This document shows positions 9,030 through 20,017 of a DNA stretch of 64,000 nt, piece after piece. The DNA is from an uncultured bacterium. GTDB lineage: Bacteria; Patescibacteriota; Patescibacteriia; CAIQCM01. Under the pieces are notes generated by a model. That model ran no database searches. It was not told the DNA's origin and saw nothing but the letters and a program-made list of their open reading frames with translations. Both the position numbers and the translations under genes were made by a program. Within the stretch, counting starts at the first letter, position 1. Each line of letters starts with the position of its first letter. The DNA is taken from the NCBI GenBank assembly GCA_963708045.1, contig OY970181.1, positions 1,061,443 to 1,125,442 on the forward strand. The letters are read 5' to 3'.

Positions 9030-9057
9030 TTGACAAAAATGTATAGTTTTGTATAAT
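9030..9057 (+). promoter_or_regulatory. Sigma70-type promoter, near-leaderless, for the HTH-HATPase operon
   Basis: TTGACA-16 bp-TATAAT, 10 nt before ATG 9068; AAATGTATA direct repeat at 9018 and 9037. Confidence 0.65.
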
Positions 9058-9067
9058 TTAGTTAAAT

Positions 9068-9805
9068 ATGAGTAGATTAGACAAAAAACTATATACTATT
9101 AGCGAGGCGGCCAAATATCTTGGCGTTTCAATGGTCACACTCCGTCGCTGGCACAAAGACGAGTCTTTTAAGGCGTCTTTTGTTTCCCCTGGGGGTCACC
9201 GATATTATTCCTTGGCCGATCTTGAAAAAAAGACTCGCGGTATTTTTCAAATTGCCCGCGAATGGGCCGCTTCGGAAACGCCATTTGAACAAGCAAGCGA
9301 ATTTTACGCATCAACGAGCGACCGTTTTAAAACAAGACAAGGAAGAATGGACACGGAAATGAACGCCGCGCCAAAACCGGAAAAAAATATTTCTTTGATA
9401 TCCGCGTCCGTTGGAGAAATCGGAAATAATTCTTTTGACCACAACCTCGGTAATTGGCCAGATATTCCCGGAGTATTTTTTGCTTATGATCTTGGTAAAC
9501 GAGTCATCGTCCTTGCCGACCGAGGTGTCGGAGTCTTGGAAACATTAAGACGGATTAGACCCGGATTAAAAGATCACAACAGTGCGCTACTTGCCGCATT
9601 TACGGAGATACTTACCGCTCGCGCGCCGGAACATCGCGGCAACGGATTAAAATTCGTTAAAGAAGCACTAACGATTGCCGGAGCAAATTTATCTTTTCAA
9701 TCCGGCAATGCTATTGCCGAAATAAAAGGATCAAAACCCGAGTTAATAATTAAAAACGCGGACTCGTTCATTCGCGGCTCTCTCGCATTAATTGAATATC
9801 AATAA
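9068..9805 (+). CDS. MerR-type HTH fused to a histidine-kinase-like ATPase domain
   Basis: YTISEAAKYLGVSMVTLRRW..GGHRYY; EIGNNSFDH (N box), DRGVG (G1), RGNGL (G2). Confidence 0.85.
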   Translation: MSRLDKKLYTISEAAKYLGVSMVTLRRWHKDESFKASFVSPGGHRYYSLADLEKKTRGIFQIAREWAASETPFEQASEFYASTSDRFKTRQGRMDTEMNAAPKPEKNISLISASVGEIGNNSFDHNLGNWPDIPGVFFAYDLGKRVIVLADRGVGVLETLRRIRPGLKDHNSALLAAFTEILTARAPEHRGNGLKFVKEALTIAGANLSFQSGNAIAEIKGSKPELIIKNADSFIRGSLALIEYQ

Positions 9806-9806
9806 T

Positions 9807-10097
9807 ATGATTATTGAAATAAAAAAATTTGGCACTGTGCTTACCTCTCGCCAATCAGGCAAAGAGGCCTATTCGGCTTTTTTGCCAATCTTAACAACAA
9901 CCAAAAAAAACGAAGAAATCATCGTTGATTTCGCTGGCGTTAGTGTTTTTTCCCCATCATGGGGCGACGAATTTTTAACGCCACTCCAAACGACTTTTGG
10001 AAAATACTTGACGCTAAAAAATACAGACAATCCTTCGGTTGCGCTAACAATTTTAACTTTGGAAAAAATCAACGAAGAAAAATTTAAAATCGTTTAA
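9807..10097 (+). CDS. STAS-like domain protein (DUF4325-like)
   Basis: FGTVLTSRQSGKE, VDFAGV, SPSWGDEF; follows the HATPase gene. Confidence 0.8.
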   Translation: MIIEIKKFGTVLTSRQSGKEAYSAFLPILTTTKKNEEIIVDFAGVSVFSPSWGDEFLTPLQTTFGKYLTLKNTDNPSVALTILTLEKINEEKFKIV

Positions 10098-10205
10098 TCG
10101 CGGACACAATCTAGTTTACGGTTCCGTAGATTGGATGTGAGCAAGTCCAACCCAAGTACAAACTACAACACAACCAAAGATCTCAATGTCTCAAGCAAAC
10201 TCCAA

Positions 10206-10252
10206 GATTCCTCGCCTTAGACAAAACGACCAGACAGGCTCGGAATGACGCC
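10206..10252. repeat. REP-like element type B (GATTC...CGGAATGAC)
   Basis: Similar to 62953-63000 and, inverted, to 11168-11218. Confidence 0.65.
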
Positions 10253-10275
10253 GTGGTAAAAGTTATTGATAATGT

Positions 10276-11103
10276 TTATTTCTGGCACACGGGACACCAA
10301 AAAGTGCCGCGGCTGGCGAGTTTGGTTTTTTTAATGACTCCCCCGTCGCGACGCAAACACGGCTCGCCTTCGCGGCCGTAAACTTTTAAATTTTTAACAT
10401 TGGTTCCCGCTACACCGCGCGCATCAACATAAGCATCGGCCGAAGTGCCGCGATTTTTGATGGATTCAGAAAGAACTTTTCTTATCCCCTTCCACAATTC
10501 TTTTTGCTCAGAAGGCGCTAGTTTTCCAGCCGGACGGTCGGGACGAATGCGCGCGAAGTAGAGCGCTTCGGCGGCATAAATATTTCCAATACCAGCGACG
10601 ACCTTTGGGTCCATAAGCAGTTGTTTTATTTTAACGCGCGGCCTTTTGTCCAAACGCGCCTGAAGCGCCGCGACGTCAAAATCCGCATACAGTGGTTCGG
10701 GGCCGAATTTTTGCGATTCAAGATAATCGGCGAGCTCGGCTGCGGTAAATAATTTTAAAAAACCAAAACGACGATAATCTTCCCACATTATTTGCTGGCC
10801 GCCCGTGAGATGAAAAATTACAAAAGTATGTTTGGCTGGTGGTTCATTTTTATCTTTTATAAGTACGCGCCCGGTCATTTTAAGGTGAATCACAAGTGCG
10901 TGATCGCCCGCAAGATCAATCATTAATAATTTGGCACGCCGACGCACCGCAACAATTTTTTTGCCGACGGTGGCGTTTATTAAAACACCGGCAGATACAT
11001 TCAGCCGCTTGGTTGATAAAACTTCGGTCGCAACAATTTTTTTACCGCGTACCACACTTTCAAGCTGACGGCGGATTGTTTCTACTTCTGGCAACTCTGG
11101 CAT
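10276..11103 (-). CDS. mutM: Formamidopyrimidine-DNA glycosylase
   Basis: MPELPEVET, HLKMTG, GIGNIYA, C-terminal CPVCQ zinc finger. Confidence 0.97.
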   Translation of the reverse strand: MPELPEVETIRRQLESVVRGKKIVATEVLSTKRLNVSAGVLINATVGKKIVAVRRRAKLLMIDLAGDHALVIHLKMTGRVLIKDKNEPPAKHTFVIFHLTGGQQIMWEDYRRFGFLKLFTAAELADYLESQKFGPEPLYADFDVAALQARLDKRPRVKIKQLLMDPKVVAGIGNIYAAEALYFARIRPDRPAGKLAPSEQKELWKGIRKVLSESIKNRGTSADAYVDARGVAGTNVKNLKVYGREGEPCLRRDGGVIKKTKLASRGTFWCPVCQK

Positions 11104-11119
11104 ATGTTTATAAACACTT

Positions 11120-11278
11120 AGAGACTTTGAGTTCCCTCATCGCTTCGGCTCTTCGGGATGACGCCACCCTTGCCGTCATTCCGAGTCCGTGCTGTCGGTG
11201 CGTCTAGGACGAGAAATCTCGGAGCATATTAAGAGACTTTGAGTTCCCTCATCGCTTCGGCTCTTCGGGATGACGCCA
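11120..11278. repeat. REP-like cluster (type A - type B - type A)
   Basis: Identical 47-bp units at 11120-11166 and 11232-11278; inverted copy with one mismatch at 62894-62940. Confidence 0.85.
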
Positions 11279-11312
11279 ACGGATTAGATATTAGAAATTA
11301 GATATTAGGTAT

Positions 11313-12902
11313 TCAAATCAACGCCCTTCCCGTCATCTCAGGCGGCTGAGCAAGACCCATTACTTTTAAAATTGTCGGGGCGACGTCGCCCAAAACGCCG
11401 ACCGGCGGAATAAGCGACAAGTCGGCGCCGACACCTTCGGGAAGCCCTAGCGCTTGACCTTCAAAGCTTTGTGCAACGATAATAAAGGGTACGCCGTTTG
11501 TGGAATGTTCTTTGTCCATACCGCCGGTTTGCAAATTACTAACCTCTTCGGCATTGCCGTGGTCCGCTGTTATAAAAACCACGCCACTTCGCGCAAGGGT
11601 CGCGTCCACGATTTTTCCCACGCACTCATCGGTCGCCTCAACCGCTTTTATTGTCGCCTCAAGATTTCCCGTGTGCCCAACCATATCCGGCGCCGCCAGA
11701 TTAACAACGACAAAATCGTAATTTTCGTTTTGAAGCGCCTTAACCACCTTGTCCGTTACTTCGTACTCCGACATTTCCGGTTTTTGGTCATAACTGGAAA
11801 CGCGCGGCGACAAAACCAGAACACGATCTTCGTTTGAAAAAGGCGCTTCGCGCTGACCGTTAATAAAAAACGTGACATGTGCGTATTTTTCTGTTTCCGC
11901 CGCGTGCAGTTGACGAAGTCCGGCGTCGGAAACGACTTTGGCCAAACAGTCATTAATCAAATCTGGCTCATAGGCAACATTCACGGGCAGTCCCTTTTCG
12001 TATTCGGTCATCGTCGCAAAATATAAATTCTGAATTTGTTCGCGGGCAAAGCCCTTAAAATCAGGAAGAACAAACGCTTGGGTAAGTTCGCGCGCGCGGT
12101 CTTCGCGAAAATTAAAATAAATCACCGCGTCCCCGTTTTCAACTTTTGCGAGCGGCTTTCCGTTCTTGCCGACGATCGCAACCGGTTCAAATTCTTCGTC
12201 AAAAACTTTTTTTTCATAAGACTCACGCACTGCTTCGGCCGGATCTTTGGCCAGCATCCCCACGCCTTCGGTCATTAACCGATACGCTTTTTCCACCCGA
12301 TCCCAGCGATTGTCGCGATCCATTGCGTAGTAGCGTCCGATAAGCGTGGCGATTTTTCCAACTTTAAATTTTTTAAGCACCGCCGCGGTTTGATTTATAA
12401 AATCAACACCCGAATTCATCAGCGTGTCGCGGCCGTCCAAAATACAATGGACATAAACATCCGTGACTTGGTTTTGAGCGCACATTTCTAAAAGCTTCCA
12501 CAGGTGCTCCATATGCGAGTGAACGCCGCCTGGGGAAACTAAACCCACCAAATGAATTTTTGATTTATTTGTTTTTACGTGTTCAAAGGCGTCTAAAAAT
12601 ATTTTATTCTTGGAAAAGCTTCCTTCGGAAATAGCTTTGTTGATTCTCGGCATCGCCTGATAATAAACGCGGCCAGCACCAATATTTAGGTGGCCAACTT
12701 CGGAGTTACCCATTTCTCCCCAATTCTGACCGACTTCAATAGAGGCGGCCGAAAGCACCATTGCCGGATAATTGGCAATATAACGATTGATATTCGGTGT
12801 TTTGGCGAGAGTTATGGCATTGCCATCCCCGGGCGGCGCTACCCCCCACCCATCCATAATCACGAGAACCGCCGGCTTGATGCCAGTTTTTTCATTGAGC
12901 AT
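11313..12902 (-). CDS. gpmI: 2,3-bisphosphoglycerate-independent phosphoglycerate mutase
   Basis: MDGWG, MGNSEVGH, DGRDT, GRYYAMDRD, ETEKYAHVTFF, DMVGHTG, TADHGNAE. Confidence 0.97.
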   Translation of the reverse strand: MLNEKTGIKPAVLVIMDGWGVAPPGDGNAITLAKTPNINRYIANYPAMVLSAASIEVGQNWGEMGNSEVGHLNIGAGRVYYQAMPRINKAISEGSFSKNKIFLDAFEHVKTNKSKIHLVGLVSPGGVHSHMEHLWKLLEMCAQNQVTDVYVHCILDGRDTLMNSGVDFINQTAAVLKKFKVGKIATLIGRYYAMDRDNRWDRVEKAYRLMTEGVGMLAKDPAEAVRESYEKKVFDEEFEPVAIVGKNGKPLAKVENGDAVIYFNFREDRARELTQAFVLPDFKGFAREQIQNLYFATMTEYEKGLPVNVAYEPDLINDCLAKVVSDAGLRQLHAAETEKYAHVTFFINGQREAPFSNEDRVLVLSPRVSSYDQKPEMSEYEVTDKVVKALQNENYDFVVVNLAAPDMVGHTGNLEATIKAVEATDECVGKIVDATLARSGVVFITADHGNAEEVSNLQTGGMDKEHSTNGVPFIIVAQSFEGQALGLPEGVGADLSLIPPVGVLGDVAPTILKVMGLAQPPEMTGRALI

Positions 12903-12926
12903 ATTGTGTTAGTATATATAAAAAAT

Positions 12927-13121
12927 ATGTCCCAGCCAATTGATCCTCAAATTTTAGCACAAGCTAGCGATGCCTATAAGGTTTTTATGAGTGAGATCAA
13001 GTCTATCCGACTTGATCTGGATCAGCTTTTGCGCGACATTGTCGCCCGCGTTGACCGCGAGCGTTTGAACGAATTATATAAAAAAATTGAAACAATTAAA
13101 TATGGAGACACCAAGCAGTGA
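12927..13121 (+). CDS. Small helical hypothetical protein
   Basis: MSQPIDPQILAQASDAY...; divergent from gpmI, overlaps the next gene start. Confidence 0.55.
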   Translation: MSQPIDPQILAQASDAYKVFMSEIKSIRLDLDQLLRDIVARVDRERLNELYKKIETIKYGDTKQ

Positions 13122-16100
13122 AGAACGACCCGGAGTAGATCGCGTTGAATTACCACCAACCGAACGAGATGGCGACGAACCCGATTATGACGCAATGGAA
13201 GCTCGCGCCGACGAAGCAACAGCCGAAGCAGAAGCGGCAGCAAGAACTGTTAGCGAACTAAAAGTTGACGGCAATGCCGTAGAACTAACTGACGAAGAAA
13301 AAGCGCGTCGCGAAAAAAGCACCGGCGCGATTGAAGAAAAAACCGGCTGGTTTAGACGACACTTCCCTAAAAAAGAAAAAGTCTTTAACGAGGGACCAGA
13401 TTTTAAAATTGACGCGCCAGTGGTCGCCGGCGAATTTACCGCGACGGAAAAAGAATTTTTTGGCAAAACCAATGAAGTTAGCGCTGCCAACGCCGAGGAA
13501 GTTGAAAACATCGGCCAAGAAGAAAAACCCGCCGAAATAATGGCGACGAGTGGCCTTACCGGAAACGAAACGCAGGTGAGACGAAAATTAGAAGCGCTTT
13601 ACGAAGAATTTGCGCGCCGCCGCGACGAAAGTTCGGCCGAAGCAGACGAACGACACCCCCTTTCCAAAAAAGAGGCGGCAGCTTTACTTAGTTTGGTAAA
13701 AAAAGGCGACGAGAAAAAACTTTCCAAATCAAAACGCGCCACTTTAGGAAAAATGAGCGAGCAGGAAGATTTTAGCGCCGCGGAATACAATCAAATGAAA
13801 ACCGGCGAAATACCTTGGAAAATGAACGCCGTTTGGCAAGCGCTTCAAGAATTAAATTCCAGCAAACTAACTTGGCCAAACCAAGAGGAAGGAAAAAGAT
13901 CAACTTCGGGCACGATTGACACCACGACAAAAGCCGCCCTCGGCGCGGCCGCGATTGGCGGCGGCGCTGCTGCGATTCACAGCCTTGGCAAAACAGCCGA
14001 AACCGGCGCATACAACGAGTACGAACTTAGCGTTAACGCCGACCCGACCATTGAACGCAATCTAAAAGAACTCATGACCAGTTACGAACAAGAACTCGCG
14101 AAAACAGATGCGCCCAAAGAAGAAATTATGCAAACGATGAGGGACAACCTAGCTGCCTACAAAAATAATTTTGTAGAGGCGGTTTGTAAAAACCTTCCCC
14201 CAAACGAAGCCGCAGAAGTGCGACGCGCCACGATTTCTCCAATTGAACAACAAAAATTTATTGTGACTTTGGAGCTTGCTTTGGGTGATGCCGAAACAAG
14301 TTATGTTGCGGAGTCGGAAGCCATGATCGCGGGGATAAAAAAGGAACTAAGCGAATACCAAACAATGCTAAGTCAACTCAACGATGATGTTGATATTTTT
14401 AATAGCATCAGCAACGATCCCACGAAACGCCCAGCAGAACTAATGAACAATTTGGCAATGCTTGTAGAATATGATCAATCGTATTCTATTGGCTTATCCC
14501 CCGCCGAGTATCAAGACAAACTTTTAGAGCAACTCGCGGCAATCCCCGACGAAGCGCAAAAAACGGAATTTTTGGAAGAAAAATTTAAAAGCGCAAGACG
14601 AGCCATTGATCAATTGGAGGATACCGTAAAAACCGATATTGCATACAGAGAAGAATCTATCGCCAAACAAGAAGCTTTGCTGGCCGCGGAAAAAACCAAA
14701 ATGATCCGTCCGCCAGAAGGCGCCGCGACGAGCGGCGACGAATACGACAGTATTGAGATAGACGGCGGAGGGGCCGAGCCAACACCTACCACATCATCTC
14801 CCGACGCGGGTGCGGACGACGAGCACTTGTTGGAAGCGGTGGAATATGTCAAAGACAGGGCAGAAATTAGCGCCAAGGGAATCCAGAAGCGATACGGAAT
14901 CGGTCACGACCGCGCCGCAAAAATTATTACTCGTTTGGAAGAAATGGGGCTCATTGGTCCGCAGGACGGCACTAATCCGCGCCTTGTTCTTGGCAAAAAA
15001 CCAACCAGTATACCCAAACCTGCTTTGGCAACGCCGGACAGCGCCAAACCAGTCACAACAATAGAAAAAAGAACACCTGACGAAATAATGAAAACCGCCG
15101 CCGATTATCTCCTTCAAGCCCAAGCAAAAACATTTAATAATATAGATTCTATTTCTCTTGATGATCTTGAGCAAAAACTTAGAGCCGTAAAAGCAATCAA
15201 CAACCCAAAACAAATCCGCGAACAGCTAAAAGCTGATCCTGAATTGTTCGGTCTAAAAAAAGAAGATGATATTGATGCGCTAAGTGACAACCAAGCGACA
15301 AATTTTAGAAAACGCTTGGAGCAATTTATTGAAGCGCAAATTCAATTTAAAAAAGATCGTCTTGCTAAAAAAACAACTGAACCAAAAACGCCCGACGTTA
15401 TTAGAAAAACTCCGGCCGAATTATTGAGAGAAATAGAGGCGGCGCTTCACGAAAAACAAAACAGGGAAATGGGAAATATATCCCCTGTTGATCTTAGGGT
15501 TCTTGAGGCAAGAGCAAAAGCTATCCAAGCACTTCCCGACAACGCAAAACAAGCCAGAGAAACAATTAGCGCAAATCCGGAAGTTTTCGGCCTTGATCCA
15601 AACTTTGACCTTGCGACGTTTGATGATAAACAACTCGGAGTTATTGTGGACAGAATTGAAAATTACACTCAAGCTCTCATTGATAGAAAAAATGCCGAGA
15701 TCATTAAAACAACGCCGAAGGCAAAGCCTGCCGCATCAGCGCCAGTGACCGCCCCAAAACCCCCTGACGTAGTCGCAGCGGTTCTGCCGCCAGTCACGAC
15801 AGAACCAAAACCACCAATTATTGTTAGCGCACCCCTGACACCCCCAGCGGCAAAAAAACCAGTTGAAGTAAAAATAGTTTCTCCCGAAGAAAAATCAGCA
15901 GCGGAAAATTTAAAAAAACGAGTAAAAAAACTTAGCGATATTAATCGTGAGTTAGACACAAACATTAGCGATGCCGAGAAAAAAACAATGAGCGATGAAA
16001 ATTATAGATTGATCGTCATTGCTTATGAAGAATATCAAGCCGAGAAACAAAAGAGACCGCTTGCAAAATTGGAACTTATTAAACGATATAAGGCTGAGAT

Positions 16101-16575
16101 TCAAAAATTACTAAAACCAACAGAATTACCAAAAGCGCCGACGGCTCCAGAAAAACCCGTCGCGGCAAGCGTTGAGACAAACGAAGCACCACCGCCGCCA
16201 AGCGAATTTGCCACAAAAAAACTACCCGACGCGTGGCTTGATTATGCAACTGCTGATGATGGAATACACAAAAATGATCCCGTATTTCTTGAACAATGTC
16301 TTAAAAAACATTTAGGCGATGCACTAGAACGTGTTATTATTTTTGATCGCGAAAACATAGCTATTGCCGTAATCGTTGGACCAGATAAAAAACGTGAAGC
16401 GCTTGGTATACCGATTTTTGACAGCTACAGTACTGTCGTTAAAAACTTTGGTGATAAAAAACATTATCGTTATGGAAAAATAACGCGTGTTAGTCGCGCG
16501 GCAATCTTTAAACCAGAATCAATTGACAGCGCTCTTGGGCCGGAATTGATTACATTAGGAAGTATTATTCAGTAA
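13102..16575 (+). CDS. Large acidic/coiled-coil protein with an internal FtsK gamma (winged-helix) domain
   Basis: DEHLLEAVEYV...SAKGIQKRYGIGHDRAAKIITRLEEMGLIGPQDGTNPRLVL; no Walker motifs; start likely ATG 13102. Confidence 0.75.
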   Translation: METPSSEERPGVDRVELPPTERDGDEPDYDAMEARADEATAEAEAAARTVSELKVDGNAVELTDEEKARREKSTGAIEEKTGWFRRHFPKKEKVFNEGPDFKIDAPVVAGEFTATEKEFFGKTNEVSAANAEEVENIGQEEKPAEIMATSGLTGNETQVRRKLEALYEEFARRRDESSAEADERHPLSKKEAAALLSLVKKGDEKKLSKSKRATLGKMSEQEDFSAAEYNQMKTGEIPWKMNAVWQALQELNSSKLTWPNQEEGKRSTSGTIDTTTKAALGAAAIGGGAAAIHSLGKTAETGAYNEYELSVNADPTIERNLKELMTSYEQELAKTDAPKEEIMQTMRDNLAAYKNNFVEAVCKNLPPNEAAEVRRATISPIEQQKFIVTLELALGDAETSYVAESEAMIAGIKKELSEYQTMLSQLNDDVDIFNSISNDPTKRPAELMNNLAMLVEYDQSYSIGLSPAEYQDKLLEQLAAIPDEAQKTEFLEEKFKSARRAIDQLEDTVKTDIAYREESIAKQEALLAAEKTKMIRPPEGAATSGDEYDSIEIDGGGAEPTPTTSSPDAGADDEHLLEAVEYVKDRAEISAKGIQKRYGIGHDRAAKIITRLEEMGLIGPQDGTNPRLVLGKKPTSIPKPALATPDSAKPVTTIEKRTPDEIMKTAADYLLQAQAKTFNNIDSISLDDLEQKLRAVKAINNPKQIREQLKADPELFGLKKEDDIDALSDNQATNFRKRLEQFIEAQIQFKKDRLAKKTTEPKTPDVIRKTPAELLREIEAALHEKQNREMGNISPVDLRVLEARAKAIQALPDNAKQARETISANPEVFGLDPNFDLATFDDKQLGVIVDRIENYTQALIDRKNAEIIKTTPKAKPAASAPVTAPKPPDVVAAVLPPVTTEPKPPIIVSAPLTPPAAKKPVEVKIVSPEEKSAAENLKKRVKKLSDINRELDTNISDAEKKTMSDENYRLIVIAYEEYQAEKQKRPLAKLELIKRYKAEIQKLLKPTELPKAPTAPEKPVAASVETNEAPPPPSEFATKKLPDAWLDYATADDGIHKNDPVFLEQCLKKHLGDALERVIIFDRENIAIAVIVGPDKKREALGIPIFDSYSTVVKNFGDKKHYRYGKITRVSRAAIFKPESIDSALGPELITLGSIIQ

Positions 16576-16586
16576 AAATTCTATAA

Positions 16587-17540
16587 ATGGCAAAAGAAAA
16601 ACAAGAAAAACCTAAACTAGAACTTGCACCGACGGTTTTAATAACACCGGAGTCGGCGGAACTTGATTTGGAAAACGAACCAACGGGCGAAGAAACACCC
16701 GAGACAGCTGCGGCTAAATTAGCGCGTATAGAAGCAGCCGCCCTTAAAGCCGACCACGAACTAAGTGCCGCGGTTCTTCAGGTAGAACGCCTTAAAACAA
16801 CCGCCGCCGAAAGCGCGCGTGTGGACGAGATAAAAGAAAAAGAACAAACGCTTTTTTCCGGATTAAAAGACGTTCTCGGAAGAGCTTATTGGAAACTACG
16901 CAGTATCGGCAAAGCACCAGAAACGGTTGAAGCAATAAAACTCATTGCCAAGGCCCAACAAGGCAAGAAAAAACCTAAAGAAATGTCCGAGGTTGAACGT
17001 ACGCAGATGATGCTTAAAAAAATATCACAGCAAACACACGAAGAGTACGGTTTGATAAATCCCAAGGCGAAAAAAATTGAAAGTGGTTCATCGCTTATAA
17101 ACTATATTGAAAATTGGACGCCCGCCTTGTCTGACGACGATGAAGAGGCGGCCGAATGGCTTGCCAATATAATGGTAAAATTTAACTCGGCACGCGATGT
17201 ATATACAAAAAATCCGGATTCGGAAAACGTAAAAAATGAATTAAAAACTATTTTGGAAATTACTGGCGCGGCGCCGGCGACCGAGGAAGTTGTTGAAGAA
17301 ATTTGGGCGTCGGGCAAAGCAGGCGCGATTATCAGAGCCGGCGAAACCAGAATTGACGACTATTTTCACGAAGCCGTACGGGCTTATCCGCAAGTTTTGA
17401 TAGAAATAAATAAAAAAAATATAAATAGAAGTTTTGGAATAGAACAAGACAAAAAAGCAGGCGCCAATAGCGTCGTTACGGTTAGAAAAACTGTACGCAA
17501 AAAGCCACCCGCGTCAAAAGACAACCAACTTGAGGCATAA
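16587..17540 (+). CDS. Hypothetical charged helical protein
   Basis: 317-aa ORF, co-directional, followed by a terminator hairpin. Confidence 0.7.
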   Translation: MAKEKQEKPKLELAPTVLITPESAELDLENEPTGEETPETAAAKLARIEAAALKADHELSAAVLQVERLKTTAAESARVDEIKEKEQTLFSGLKDVLGRAYWKLRSIGKAPETVEAIKLIAKAQQGKKKPKEMSEVERTQMMLKKISQQTHEEYGLINPKAKKIESGSSLINYIENWTPALSDDDEEAAEWLANIMVKFNSARDVYTKNPDSENVKNELKTILEITGAAPATEEVVEEIWASGKAGAIIRAGETRIDDYFHEAVRAYPQVLIEINKKNINRSFGIEQDKKAGANSVVTVRKTVRKKPPASKDNQLEA

Positions 17541-17574
17541 AAACATCCCCCACTTTTAAAGTGGGGGATGTTTT
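17540..17574. terminator. Bidirectional terminator hairpin
   Basis: AAAACATCCCCCACTT-ttaa-AGTGGGGGATGTTTT between convergent genes. Confidence 0.75.
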
Positions 17575-17757
17575 AGTAAGGAAATAAAAATTGACTAGCC
17601 CCTCCCTTTGGTAAAAGGGAGGGTGGCCGAAGGCCGGGAGGGTTCTGTTTATTACGTTAAATTATTTACGGCGAAACGAACTCCCCCTACCCCCTCTTTT
17701 GCAAAGAGTGGGCTAAGATTTTTCCAGCCACACAATAATTTGGTGTTTTTGTTATTT

Positions 17758-19041
<1,284 letters not shown>

Positions 19042-19078
19042 CTAAAGCATTATAACCGATTCACCCGCAAAGAAGCAA

Positions 19079-19114
19079 AAAAATACCCCCAGTTTAAAAA
19101 CTGGGGGTATTTTT
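19079..19114 (-). terminator. Terminator hairpin after the SIMPL gene
   Basis: AAAAATACCCCCAGTT-taaa-AACTGGGGGTATTTTT. Confidence 0.7.
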
Positions 19115-19127
19115 GTTTAATTTATTT

Positions 19128-19943
19128 TTATTGCATCTCAAAGGTCAGTGTGACGTTGGAGGTGACATCAAGCGATCCAGTTTCAATTGACGGTGCGGCC
19201 GAGGCAGAGCTTCCCATACTATCCTTGGCATAGCTCAAATACGGCATTGGCGCATAACCATTATTTGATTCGCTAAAATTAACGACCTTGGAAAATTTAA
19301 TACCAAGTTCTTTGCTAAGCGTTGCGGCTTTGGCCGTCGCGTCAGCAATCGCTTTTTCCCGAGCGCTAGTTTGAAGCGTTTCCGGATTATCAATCGTGAA
19401 ATTTAAACCCGACACTTGGTTGGCGCCAGCGCTCGCGGCGGCGTCCAAAACCTGGGAGACTGCATCAAGCTTGCGAACCTTAACGGTCACGCCCTGATCA
19501 GCAGTATAACCAATTATGGTTTGTCTGGAACTGGAGTAATCGTAGTTTGGATAAACGTTAAAGCGTGACGTTTTAATGTCAGCCGGCAAAACACCAACCG
19601 TTTTAAGCGTCGCGATAAGCGCGTTCATTTTTTCGTTGTTTTTCTTAAGCGCGTTTTGAACATTGGCGTCCTGAGTCGTCATTCCCATATCAACCGTGGC
19701 GATGTCTGGCGTACCGACGACTTTGCCCGTACCGTTAAACGAAATTACTTGACGCTCGGCCGGCGCTTTGCCGATGACGCCAGTTTTGATGGTTTCGTTT
19801 CTAATGACCACGGTCAAAAAAACCAAACCGTAAACGAGTAAGATGGAAACAAGAAGCGCAAAAAGGCGATTCTCTTTCCAGTGCGGCCAAAAGCTGCAGT
19901 GTTTGCCGCAACTTTCGTCGGATGACTTGCTTGTGAAAGCCAT
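19128..19943 (-). CDS. SIMPL domain (DUF541) protein
   Basis: GTGKVVGTPDIA, GANQVSGLNF, AREKAIADA, IETGS..VTSNVTLTF. Confidence 0.92.
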   Translation of the reverse strand: MAFTSKSSDESCGKHCSFWPHWKENRLFALLVSILLVYGLVFLTVVIRNETIKTGVIGKAPAERQVISFNGTGKVVGTPDIATVDMGMTTQDANVQNALKKNNEKMNALIATLKTVGVLPADIKTSRFNVYPNYDYSSSRQTIIGYTADQGVTVKVRKLDAVSQVLDAAASAGANQVSGLNFTIDNPETLQTSAREKAIADATAKAATLSKELGIKFSKVVNFSESNNGYAPMPYLSYAKDSMGSSASAAPSIETGSLDVTSNVTLTFEMQ

Positions 19944-20017
19944 ATTTTTTAACTTTTAAGTGTTAGCTTTTAACTTTTAGCCGCTAAAAAGCAATGCTAA
20001 AAGTTAAAAGTTAAAAG

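Noticed and set aside
11120-11278. CRISPR array
   Set aside because: Only two 47-bp direct copies, the spacer is itself a repeat found elsewhere, and there are no cas genes.
17598-17713. ncRNA or 107-aa ORF downstream of eno
   Set aside because: It consists of short GC-rich inverted repeats typical of REP-like DNA; single occurrence here with no further support.
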